Source: Antedon mediterranea
Taxonomy: Eukaryota > Animalia > Echinodermata
Direction: 5' to 3'
Length of the DNA stretch: 64,000 nt
Assembly (NCBI RefSeq): GCF_964355755.1
Contig: NC_092670.1
Location: 25,282,795-25,346,794, forward strand
Part shown: positions 13,853 to 25,114 of the stretch, piece by piece
Layout of the letters: each line of letters opens with the position of its first letter
How positions within the stretch are numbered: position 1 is the first letter of the stretch
The notes under the pieces: generated by a model
Database searches by the model: none
What the model was told of the DNA's origin: nothing
What the model saw: only the letters and a program-made list of their open reading frames with translations
Position numbers and translations under genes: made by a program

Positions 13853-14783
13853 GCGATTTTTTTTTTCGTACATAAGTTGGGGACCCCTCATGAAACGTCA
13901 CAAAATAAACATGAATAATTCATCAGTTAAATTTGTTGTTCCGTGTGCACCCAAGCGTATAGCAACAAGAAGTGATTACACAACTGCGATACGATATTTC
14001 TACAATAGGCCTAGTATAGGATTCTAGGTCAATTCACGTGATTGCCTTCGCGCACTCTTTTTCACACACACGTCCACTATGCAAAATGTGTCGAGGCTAA
14101 TCGACAGCTAGACAAGACATTAAACTAAGTAGTAATTGGACATAGCCCAAAGAAAGCTTAGACCCACAAGAATAAAGAATGTGTATAATTTGTGTACTGT
14201 AATTTTTTAATTCTGCTATTTTATTATCAAACAATATGCATGTACTCAAAGAAACTTTACAAATGCGCGTATATGAACACATGAGATGGGAAGATTAGAC
14301 CCACGAGAATAAAAAATGTATTTTTGTGTAATGTTTATTGTTTAATTTTGCTGACTCATTACTCGGACTGTAATCATACCTAACTAACACACACGTCACA
14401 CACACCAACACAGCTCCTACTAGAATAGACATGGGTTTAGAGACTAGTAATTAGGCCTAATAGTATCAATAGAAACTATAATTTTAACACGTAATTCTTT
14501 AGTAATAAATTATATTAAAAACACAATAAACTAAAGGCTGATTATTTCGACAATCCACACAAAACGCCGCTATTCTATTATGAAATCGCACGCGGCAACC
14601 ACAGCGGAGGTAGGAGGTAGGCCTAGAATTAATCGTACCGCACTTGTGTAAACTGTAATCACTTCTTGTTGGTATACGCTTGGGTGCACACGGAACAAGA
14701 AAATTTAACTGATGAATTATTCATGTTTATTTTGTGACGTTTCATGAGGGGGTCCCCAACTTATGTACGAAAAAAAAAATCGC
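13853..14783. mobile_element. MULE-like MITE family M2 copy 2
   Basis: Highly similar to 10502-11379; perfect 9-bp TSD TCCCTGGAC (13844-13852 and 14784-14792) inside a GGACAACTAC repeat arm. Confidence 0.9.
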
Positions 14784-14845
14784 TCCCTGGACAACGGGGT
14801 TCTATCCTGGACAACTACCACCCGGACAACTACCACCCGAACAAT

Positions 14846-15410
14846 TATATGACCGGTTGGGCCACCGACAAGTTTAGCCGCCGTCATTTCTATAAAATTC
14901 CCAGTGCATCAACATTTCGCTTAGTCTAGTGATTACATAAACTACTACGTGTATGTAGTACATAAGTTCATGGTCTTATATGTTTATTGTGTTATAACCG
15001 TATTCTTTATTCCATAGTTATAATAAATATATAATTGCATTCTACAATTTTGTTGATTTGAACCGCCATAACAACACAACAAAGGAAAGTAGTTTAACGT
15101 AATATTTAATAATTTAATTGTTTTTAATCTGTCAAGGTAAAAATTCAGTGCACTCCATAATATTTTTCTCGCATGCACCACGTGAAGTCACGTTGTCTCT
15201 CAGGGAACTAATAAAGTTTTAATAACTGTTTACGTCATTTTGGGTTAAAAACGATCATTTTTGCATAATATAGTAAAAAACATGATATGAACTTTTTAAT
15301 ATACATTTTTATCCCTAATATAAATAGAACGAGCGCCGGTAAAAATTAGCATTTGACGTTTCATGGAAAATAACATCTTCTGGCAGCTCAAATTTTCTGC
15401 GACTCTACAT
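14846..15410. mobile_element. MULE-like MITE family M1, older or deleted copy
   Basis: Colinear similarity to 9467-10267 (ATGACCGGTTGGGCC.CCGACAAGTT...ATAAATAGAACGAGC.CCGG) with degenerate ends. Confidence 0.65.
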
Positions 15411-15509
15411 GGGCGGTGTTCCACACTATACATTTTACAATATTTGACTTGAAATTATTATAAACAAAATTATTACAATATTCTACCAGTCTTATATCAA
15501 CGTATGGAG

Positions 15510-16744
15510 CTAAGTTGTCCTAAGGAGGTAGTTGTCCTTAAAGGGGGTAGTTGTACTAAGGAGGTAGTTTTCCTAAGGAGGTAGTTTTCCTAAGGAGGTA
15601 GTTGTCCTAAGGAGGGTAGTTGTCCTAAGGGGGTAGTTGTCTTAAGGGGGTAGTTGTCTTAAGGAGGTAGTTGTCCTAAGGAGGTAGTTGTCCTAAGGAG
15701 GTAGTTGTCCTAAGGGGATAGTTGTCCTAAGGGGATAGTTGTCCTAAGGGGATAGTTGTCCTAAGGGGGTAGTTGTCCTAAGGGGGTAGTTGTTTTAAGG
15801 GGGTAGTTGTTTTAAGGGGGTAGTTGTTTTAAGGGGGTAGTTGTTTTAAGGGGGTAGTTGTCCTATTGTGGGTAGTTGTCCTATTGGAAGTAGTTGTCCT
15901 ATGAGGTAGTTGTCTTAAGGAGGTAGTTGTCCTAAGGGGGTAGTTGTCCTAAGGGAGGTAGTTGTCCTAAGAAGGTAGTTGTCCTAAGGAGGTAGTTGTC
16001 TTAAGTGGGTAGTTGTCCTAATGAGGTAGATGTCTTAAGGAGGTAGATGTCTTAAGGAGGTAGATGTCCTAAGGGGTTAGTTGTTCTACGGGGTTAGTTG
16101 TTCTACGGAGGTAATTGTCTTAAGGAGGTAGTTGTCCTAAGGAGGTAGTTGTCCTAAGGGCTAGTTGCCCTAAGGAGGTAGTTGTCCTAAGGAGGTAGTT
16201 TTTCTAAGGAAGTAGTTGTCCTAAGGAGGTAGTTGTCCTTAAGGAGGTAGTTGTCCTTAAGGAGGTAGTTATCCTAAGGGGGTAGTTTGTCCTAAGGAGG
16301 TAGTTGTCCTAAGGAGGTAGTTGTCTTAATGAGGTAGTTGTCCTAAGGAGGTAGTTGTCCTAAGGAGGTAGTTGTCTTAAGGAGGTAGTTGTCCTAAGGA
16401 GGTAGTTGTCCTAAGGGGGTAGTTGTCCTAAGGGGGTAGTTGTTTTAAGGGGGTAGTTGTTTTAAGGGGTAGTTGTCCTAAGGGGGTAGTTGTCCTATTG
16501 GAAGTAGTTGTCCTAAGGAGGTAGTTGTTCTAAAGGGGTAGTTGTCCTAAGGGGATAGTTGTCTAGGGATAGTTGTCCTAAGGGGGTAGTTGTCCTAAAG
16601 GGTAGTTGTCCTATAGGGTAGTTGTCCTATGGAGTAATTGTCCTAGGGAGTAATTGTCCTAGGGAGTAATTGTCCGGGTGGTAGTTGTCATAGGAGGTTT
16701 GTTGTCCGGGTGGTAATTGTCCAGGAGGTGGTTGTCTGGATACG
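15510..16744. repeat. Expanded 17-bp tandem array forming the right arm of a foldback MITE (~13830-16744)
   Basis: (TAAGGAGGTAGTTGTCC)n ending in ...GTCTGGATACG. The inverted motif GGACAACTAC occurs at ~13834 and 14805-14845. Same family as 38069-39789. Confidence 0.85.
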
Positions 16745-17012
16745 TGGTAGGTTTACTAGTAGTAATAGTAGATTAGGCCTGCCTAGTTGAATCTTCAGTC
16801 GAATTATTAATATTATTAGAATTAGGCGAATTAGACTATAGACATAGCGGTGTCTATGTCTAGTCTATACTATAGTAGTATGCAAATAATTATTAACTAT
16901 GCTTTTAGGCTTATCCTGTCTAGTTATTAATATTAGTATCATCATTGTTATTATTTAATTTGATTGATTTCCATATCTATATGACATATTGTGTATATTT
17001 TTGTATCTATAG

Positions 17013-17980
17013 ACAAGGTTCAATCACAAAAGAAAGTCAGAGTTAAAAAAAAAAAAGATGAAAAAAAGTTGAAATTGAAGAAAAAGAAAAAAATGATGTC
17101 TGCAGTAGGTAAGTTATACTACAGTGATCCTCCAGTGTGTCCATAGTTATGAAAATATGAGTCCTCCTAAAATACCAATTATACTGTACTGTCCTACAGT
17201 AGTGTGAATCAATTATCCTTCTTTAACATATGTTTGCTTTTTCTTTCTAGAAATGTATGTGAAAAACCAAGCTGATGACCAGACAGAGAATAACTTAGCA
17301 TACTATTTATCAACAAGTCAGTACAGTCAACCAAACTATGATATGGTAAATAGAATTTGACAATTTAACATGTTCACATTTACACTGCGAGAATAAAAAG
17401 ATACAAAACCAGTTTCTTTGGAAACTAATAAAAAGAGTTTTTATGGTTAAAATTAGCTCTTATTTTTTATTATTGGAAACCCAGATATTCTGAACAACAA
17501 GCAGAAAATTGTTCCAAACATTTTTCTGTAGTATAATGTGGCATAATATGTAAATACAGTATGTACAGTAGAGGACTGTTAGTAATTGGTAAATCTATTC
17601 CTCTCTGAAAACCGGAATTTCCTTGCATTTGTAAATAGCTAAAATTGTTACTTTTTCAAATTCATTAACTTTTACAGGCATCATAATGCTATTTGTGAGA
17701 GTTAAATGCATTGCAATTATTCAAACTTTTTATAGATAATGAAACAATTAAAAGGCAGAATGTCAAAAGATCAAAATCAACAAGATGATGAAGACACAGA
17801 AGATGCTTCTGGATTTACAGAAGAGGACTTTGCAAAATTTGAAAAGGAATATAGGTGATATTTGCTGGCACTGATGCAATTGTGTGTTCATGGTTTGGTG
17901 TACATTGGATATAAAAGCATGATGAGTATGGAATGCAAGAAATGTCAACCTCTCCCTATCATCAACTGATGCCAAATAGG
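17013..17980 (+). pseudogene. Degenerate spliced exon-like remnants (Lys/Glu-rich and Cys-containing)
   Basis: AG/GT-bounded purine-rich segments 17013-17108, 17251-17345 and 17736 onward (..MSKDQNQQDDEDTEDASGFTEEDFAKFEKEYR*). Stops and frameshifts prevent a full ORF. Confidence 0.25.
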
Positions 17981-18224
17981 TCATGTTTTCTTGTATGTAA
18001 ATATACATTTTAAGTAGAATGAGTGGTTTCTATTATCTTCTACTTTAAAGGAGAGAAAGTAAAACTCTATTTGTATTCCCTTTGTTTGTTATTCTATTGT
18101 TTGAGTATTGAAGATGTAGCTGTGGAATGAACATTGTTGACGTCTCATATACTACATTTTTCACTTGGAACCATGATCTTACTTGTTTGAAAGACTCAGC
18201 CAAAATAAGATAATGTCACTTGCT

Positions 18225-18440
18225 CTTTTTTTTTATTTTTTTTTTATTCAGTATATTACACAGAGGCGCCTTACAAGGTGGAACCACCTTAGCTTCAAGG
18301 CGACTCAGATTAACAAATACAACATTTTAAAACAAAAAACTAACAGAAACATCAATCAAATCTTTCAGAATTAACAAGAAATTGCTCTGATTTGGCTCTC
18401 TTGAAAAATTCATGTACGATGTTCTATTTTCATTTTATTG
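18225..18440 (-). mobile_element. Possible 3' tail of a CR1/L2-type LINE
   Basis: The minus strand reads ..EQFLVNSERFD* followed by a stem-loop (AAGGTGG..CCACCTT) and an A-rich tail. Confidence 0.3.
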
Positions 18441-19054
18441 TGAAATGTATCATAAATTGCATTGTGTTTCATTATATTTATTTTGTTGAAAAAAATAAAA
18501 ATAAGACATTTTCTCATTACTAATTAATTAATTTACTGACAATGCACCAATATGTAATCAATATAACTGTTTAGTTTGTGTAGGTGGTACATGCCATATG
18601 TTGACACCTTATTATTAAAAATTGCACTTTCTGCTGTTTTTAAAACAAAAGAAATGAAAACTATTTTGTCAATCCTAATAATATAATTTATTGCAAAAAG
18701 TAGTGTAGAGTACAAAATATTGAAATAAACACAGGCTTTTATATAATTAAAACAGTTAAATTGAAGGAACTGACTTAAAAATACAAAACCATTATCAAAA
18801 TGAAAAAAAAAGTAATTTTATACAATCCTGTTTTATGCTTATCTCATCAAATACGTATTACTATGATTTCTTAATCTATAATAATCTGTATACTATTTGT
18901 TTCTTTTTCTGTCCTGACATTAGGCATATACTTATTTGTAATCTCTCAAAAAACAATTTTGTTTCAAAACCTATAGTATTTGTATTATATTCATCATAAA
19001 ATCGATGCACAGTGACACAACAGCGTGTATCATGTATTGTTTAGTTTGATATAT

Positions 19055-20393
19055 TTACAGCTTAGTTTCCTCTGTAATTGTTTGATATATGCTTTCATTC
19101 ACATTGTCTTCAGTGATACCTTCATACTGATTCTCTTCTGCATTTTCAACTTTATACTCCATGTAGTAATCTTCATCTTCGATATTGTGTTCTAGTTCTG
19201 GTTGGTTAATTGGTCGAGCCACTCGCTTTTTCAGGTTTACCCTGTGCCTTTTACATACACAACAGTTTACAACAATGATGACAACCATCACAGACATGTT
19301 TCCTATTAGTATGTACACAGTCGTGGAATTGTCTTTAAGGAAATTAATATATGAAAGAATGTTATGGTCAGTATTAAGTTGAAGAGAAACATTAAACTCT
19401 TGTCTTCCTTCTGATAAAATGGCGCAAATAATAAAATCGCCAATTAGCTCCTTTCTCAAATGGTTTATCACAATTATTTCTTTGTTATTTTCTGATATGA
19501 TGACATCAAAGTCCACTTTATTTATTGTTCCAATGTACCAAGTGAAGTCAACCTTGTAAGGATATGTTGATGCATCACATGTAAACATCACCGTTTTACC
19601 TTCTGCAACAACTCCTGCAGGATATTGTTGGCTTGATTTGTAATGGCACAATCTTACAAGATCTCTGATATTCATTGAAGTTCGCAGTGCATCTGAACTT
19701 GGCAAAGTTGTCTTCTTTCAAGTTTAACGGCAATATTATATTTTCTTCACCTGCTGTGGGTTGTAGGACATCATTTCTGTAAAACCGTAAAGAGTCTTCT
19801 AGAAGTGAAGAACAACTCACCGAAAGTCCAATAGAGGTTCCATTTGTCGTGCAGATAGGATCAGGAAGCTCGGTAACGGGGAAAACGTTCAGATAAGTAT
19901 GCACGTCATGAGGAAAAAAGTCATAAGTTCCGCCTAAAAATTGTGTGAAATAATATTCACATTCCTTTCCGAAATATTTTAAATGGTAGCGATAGTATTT
20001 ATCATTTAAACATAAGCCTATGTTTTGCATAGAAGAGCAACGGTAGTGTCCAGAGTGGTTCAAGGACACATTTGGAATGTAAATCGATGCATTAACAAAC
20101 TCACTATTTCCTGAATTAGACAGTACTTTATATCTCTCGGATTCATAATACTCTTGATATTTATCCAAACATATGGTGTTGAAACCAAAAACATTACCGA
20201 TTGTTACAAGTATGCGCGGTTCGAAGTGTCTCGTACTAGGACTACAAATCTGACAATTTATTGTCACATTTGACCCTTCAAAGACTGTATTACCTGGTAA
20301 AACTTTAATATAACTTCGACTAGTAGAAAAATCAAAGTAGCAGAACAATATACATACAAATACCAAAACATTCACAGAACAAGAGGCACTCAT
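19055..20393 (-). pseudogene. Intronless Ig-superfamily type I membrane receptor, paralog 1 (signal-V-Ig2-Ig3-TM-Tyr tail), split by one frameshift at ~19620
   Basis: ORF 20393-19596 has the signal peptide, a V-like domain (VTINC...SGHYRC) and domain 2. The overlapping ORF continues PAGVVAEGKTVMFTC..FTW..IIC, TM (VYILIGNMSVMVVIIVVNCCVC) and tail (YYMEY, YEGI, SIYQTI). At the junction, ATA T CCT GCA GGA shows a 2-nt loss. Could be a pseudogene, a secreted 265-aa form or an assembly error. Confidence 0.85.
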
Positions 20394-21151
20394 ATCTGAT
20401 TTTGCACAAAATCAATAAAATACTGTGTATTGGTACCGTAGGTTACAACAATAAATATTGAAGACTTCACAAAGCGACTACTAACTGAGTATCAGTTTTG
20501 TTCAAAACGATTGAAACGATGCATACAATTTAAAAAAGTAAATCAACGATGAGCAAACAATATACATGATTGAAACATAAACCGTATGTAAAATTATTTT
20601 GAGTGACAGTACATACGTTAGGCCTGTTAGTTTTAAAATAAGCTTTTGATTAGTGTAAAACGGTAGGAACATATCTAGCATCTACATGCACCTTTTGGTT
20701 GTAATCATCTAGAATCTCAAACACAATTGGAATAAAATGTTATATTGGTTGTTATTTGCAGTGGGAGGGGCTCCAAAAAAACCCAATTTCTTTTTTTTTT
20801 TTTTACAATTGGAATCAGTTTAGAATTATGTTTTATCCATGGGCGAAAGTGAAATAAGTCTGTCAATCAAGTCATTTTTTTAGTGCTGAGTGCAATGGTA
20901 GGTCGACATTATTTCCTGCCTACATGCACTCTTGTCGGTGAATTTGAAGTTTTTGAGATTCTTGTATGTTGTATCATTTAATTATACCCACCTTGATTAT
21001 ATGCATGTTATTGTTATATTTCCATATCAATGCATTTCTAGAATAATATAAATAACTAAATAATAAACATATATAGAAGCTAAAGTAAAAACTTTTTTTC
21101 ACACACGTCTTTTAAAAATACATTTGACATGGTAAATATACATTTTCCAAT

Positions 21152-21428
21152 ATGTATCAATACAGTATGTATCAATACAGTATGTATCAATACAGTATGT
21201 ATCAATATGTATCAATACAGTATGTATCAATATGTATCAATACAGTATGTATCAATACAGTATGTATCAATATGTATCAATACAGTATGTATCAATACAG
21301 TATGTATCAATATGTATCAATACAGTATGTATCAATATGTATCAATACAGTATGTATCAATATGTATCAATACAGTATGTATCAATATGTATCAATACAG
21401 TATGTATCAATATGTATCAATACAGTAC
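21152..21428. repeat. 10/15-bp tandem repeat between the Ig paralogs
   Basis: Interleaved TATGTATCAA and TATGTATCAATACAG units. Confidence 0.95.
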
Positions 21429-21854
21429 AGTATCACTATTTAAAAAAACATAAGCACAACACAAGTATTGGATTATCTAAATCAAATCTAAACTGTTCAA
21501 ATGTATTCATAAGCAATCGTAGCCATTGTAGGACTTGTTACAAGGTTATTTTGTTTGAATTATTGGCTCTCATTTACCACTTGGCAGATAAATATAAATA
21601 AAGTTTACAATAGAAACAAATGAAGGAATTTGACTTTAGCAAGTACTACTTGCGGCATAATAACCGCACAGTGCACTCTTATAGCAAACAGATATTGGAT
21701 ATTTGGTATGTTTTCCTAACCAAGATTAAACTATGATTTATTTTAAATAAATCAAATCTAAAATATTAAACTGTTCATCAACCTTATTTTAAACTAAAAC
21801 ATAACGAACACAAAAGAAGAAATAATTAGAATATGGTACTGTTTTGTTTACATC

Positions 21855-22793
21855 TTACTTTCTTTTGTATTTGTGTGGTGGATCTTTAGCGATACTTTGA
21901 TACTGATGCTCATCTACATTCTGAACTGTATACTCCATATAATTATCTTCATCCATCTTCTGTCCTGGTTGGTAACTTCCCTTCTGGTTCTGCCTTGCTC
22001 TGTACACTTTACATAAACAGCAGTTTACGACAACGATAGTAATGAGGATCAAAACGTTTCCTGATATTATGTACACAATCGTGGAATTCTCTTTCAGAAA
22101 AGTAATATATTTATTATTGGATGGTTTGATTTTTAATAGCACAATCTCGCAAGATCTCTGATATCCATTGAAGTCTGCAGTGCATCTGAACTTGGCAAAT
22201 GTGTCTTCTTTAATATTTAAAGGAAGGATTATGTTGCCGTCACCTGCCGTGGGTTGTAGGACGTCATTTCTGTAAAACCGTAAAGAGTCTTCTGGAAGTG
22301 AAGAACAGCTCACTAAAAGTCCAATAGAGGTTTCATCGGTTGTGCAGATAGGATGAGGAAGTTCGGTAACAGAGAAAACGTTCAAGTAGGCGTATTCGTC
22401 GAGAAAGCATGAGACAAATTTTCTTATGTAGTAATCATAACTTGTAACGGAGCAACCGTACCTTCCAGAATGATTCAGTGACACATTGTGAATGTAGAGT
22501 GTTGCATTTAAAAACTCACCATGTCTTGAATATGTTAGGCTGTATCTCTCAGATGACCCATACCGTACTTCATCATTTTTGACATATATATTGTGAAAGC
22601 CAAACACATTTTCAATTGTTATGTATGCTCTACGTCTAAACCATGTTTTGCAAATTTGACAATTTATTGTGACATTTGATCCTTCATATACTGTGTCAGC
22701 TGGTAAAACTTCAATATAACCTGTTGAAAAATCAACAAAGCAACAGAACAATGCAATGAATACTGCCAAATTCAAAGAACAAGAAGCACTCAT
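21855..22793 (-). CDS. Intronless Ig-superfamily type I membrane receptor, paralog 2 (signal-V-Ig2-TM-Tyr tail, 312 aa)
   Basis: Uninterrupted ORF from MSASC (ATG at 22793, matching the paralog 1 start). Features: hydrophobic signal, VTINC...LYIHNVSLNHSGRYGC V-like domain, second Cys-bonded domain, TM (IVYIISGNVLILITIVVVNCCLC), tail with NYMEY and YQSI. Confidence 0.9.
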   Translation of the reverse strand: MSASCSLNLAVFIALFCCFVDFSTGYIEVLPADTVYEGSNVTINCQICKTWFRRRAYITIENVFGFHNIYVKNDEVRYGSSERYSLTYSRHGEFLNATLYIHNVSLNHSGRYGCSVTSYDYYIRKFVSCFLDEYAYLNVFSVTELPHPICTTDETSIGLLVSCSSLPEDSLRFYRNDVLQPTAGDGNIILPLNIKEDTFAKFRCTADFNGYQRSCEIVLLKIKPSNNKYITFLKENSTIVYIISGNVLILITIVVVNCCLCKVYRARQNQKGSYQPGQKMDEDNYMEYTVQNVDEHQYQSIAKDPPHKYKRK

Positions 22794-24079
22794 TTTAAAC
22801 AGTCTCACACAGAGAACGATTCAAATGCCATCTGTTCTGGTGATAAGTTCCAAGTGATCTTCACGAAACAGAAAATAATTGTAACTGGTTACATGAAAAT
22901 GATCCAAATGATGATCGTGGTGAATTTTAAATAATACTGTGGTCAAACTATCTATACACGATTGAAACAAAAACCTAATGTAAATAGTGACAGTAATTGT
23001 TTATCTAGTCAAACAATTATTTTTGATTTGAAGCATATTAATTAAATTGTTAGTAATTTAGTATGGATCAGTATTACAGACGTTTGTTGGTGCCAAGCAA
23101 AAAAAGGTTTCCTAACTAGTGTATTCATGGTGTATTAATTCTAACTGTCAATGACATTTATCTTCTTGCCATTCTTGAATAATCATATCATTTTTATAAA
23201 CACAATGATTATAAGTATATCCTCATTATTGTTATTCGTATGCACGTATTATCTTCTCACAAGTATTAGTACAAGTATAGATTTATTCCACCATTTTATT
23301 TTTAAATATCAATGTCATATTTTATCAACACAAATGTTTGTAAAATCGAAACTTGGCATGCATGGTTTAGGATACAAATTGTATTCATAAACCATTTTAG
23401 CATATTATATATACAAAGTTATATTGTGTTGTCGTTTATTTTGAAAGCAGTTTCGAATTGTAGATAAATATTGATATGCTGTTGAAGTTTCATTATTGGA
23501 AAAACTTAATATAAAACTTCATAGACTGTTTTCATACAAAACCAAGTAAGTAATATGTAATGTAATCTATACGCGTTTACACACGCAAGAAAGTATCGAT
23601 AAGACTTGTAGTAAATTCCATCAATGCACCACCACTACTGATTATTTTAGAGAATGTGTTTGGTGGGGAGCAGCTACCAATAACGGACATGTGGACTAAA
23701 AGTATTAAATGAAAACACGAGTGACATAAATAAAAGGTGTAGCCTCACAGTCAAATTATTTTATCTTAAAAATTATCTTCAACAACACCATACATCTATA
23801 TATGGTATGACATAACATGCCTATACCCAATATGTAAAGCATGCGACCTGTAACCCATGATAAAGTATTTACGTTTTTTTTTTTCCGTTTATTACCGAAC
23901 TAATTATGGATAATAATGTGTTTCTCGTAAAATTTGAATAGAACTGCAGAGACTGAAAGAAACATCCAAGCATCTTAATAAAGCACTATGACTGTAAAAA
24001 CACCTCATCATTGTCCTGATGTTTTAGTTTCTCTCGTAGAAATGCAATTTCAATTTGGTGCTGCAAAGATCACACTCTT

Positions 24080-24910
24080 ATCATAATTTATAAAGTAATT
24101 TTAATTGTATAAAAACAAAACCAATATTTTTTTGTTACAAAAATAACCTGATTCGCTAATAATCTTATTTTTTTTTCAAAAAAAAATACAGGTTTTGTTT
24201 TTATACAATTAAAATTAGTTTAGAAATTATGATTTTCGACGAAAGTGAAATAAATTATGACAACTAAGATGACAATAACGCATGTGCACATTTAAGCATA
24301 ACAACTAAATTTATGGCCATTTTTCGCAAATTTTTCTGTACTTTAGTACAGGAATTTTTTTTAAAATAGCCGAAATAAAAATTTTAAAAATTATTATGCA
24401 ATAATATTGCCATATAATACGCAGATATTGTGTTATCATCATCTTATAGTCACAGTAACCAGTTATGTCAAAAAATAAAAGGGTAGAAATTTAGACATTT
24501 TTCGACATTTAGGCATAACAACTACATATATGGCAATTTTTCGAAAATTTGCCTGTACTTTAGTACAGATATTTTTTTTTTAAATAGCCAAAATATCGAC
24601 TTTTTAAAATTAACTTATTATGCAATAATATTGCCATTTATGTGCATATATTGAATTATCATCAGCTCATAGAGTCACAGTAACCAGTAATGTCAAAAAA
24701 TAAAAGGGTATAAATTTAGCAATTTTTCCACATTTAGGCATAACAACTTCATATATGGCAATTTTTCAAAAATTGCCACAATATCGACTTTATAAAATTA
24801 ACTTATTATGCAATAATATTGCCATTTATGTGCATATATTGAATTATCATCAGCTTAGAGTCACAGTAACCAGTTATGTCAAATAAAAGGGTTGAAATTT
24901 GGCAATTTAA
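24080..24910. repeat. AT-rich inverted repeat (24080-24232) followed by degenerate ~220-bp tandem units, probable TE remnant
   Basis: AATTGTATAAAAACAAAACC pairs with GGTTTTGTTTTTATACAATT; repeated units contain GCATAACAACT, TTATGCAATAATATTGCCAT and GTCACAGTAACCAG. Confidence 0.6.
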
Positions 24911-25114
24911 AAAGAAATGTATTTGGCCATTGAGCTACATGAGTATTTATCTCATTTTTCACAATCAATAAATTACCTGTGTTTATATATACATTCTTGA
25001 TCCAAAATAAAAAAAACTATTATTCGTTTTCTACTTACGAATATGACTGTCGATATTCTTATAAAGATGATAGAAATATGACATAATCTGTTTAGGTATT
25101 TGTAAGGTTCTTTT

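Noticed and set aside
21129-21601. ORFs rich in CINTV and MYQYS between the Ig genes
   Set aside because: Translations of the 10/15-bp tandem repeat.
19008-21673. CACAGTG heptamers downstream of both Ig genes (19008-19014 and 21667-21673) as possible V(D)J recombination signals
   Set aside because: No ACAAAAACC-like nonamer at 12 or 23 bp, they lie beyond the stop codons rather than at V-domain ends, and each gene is already a complete single-exon unit.
22794-22808. Track start MRLFK for Ig paralog 2
   Set aside because: It uses a non-ATG codon. The ATG at 22793 aligns with the paralog 1 start and begins the signal peptide.
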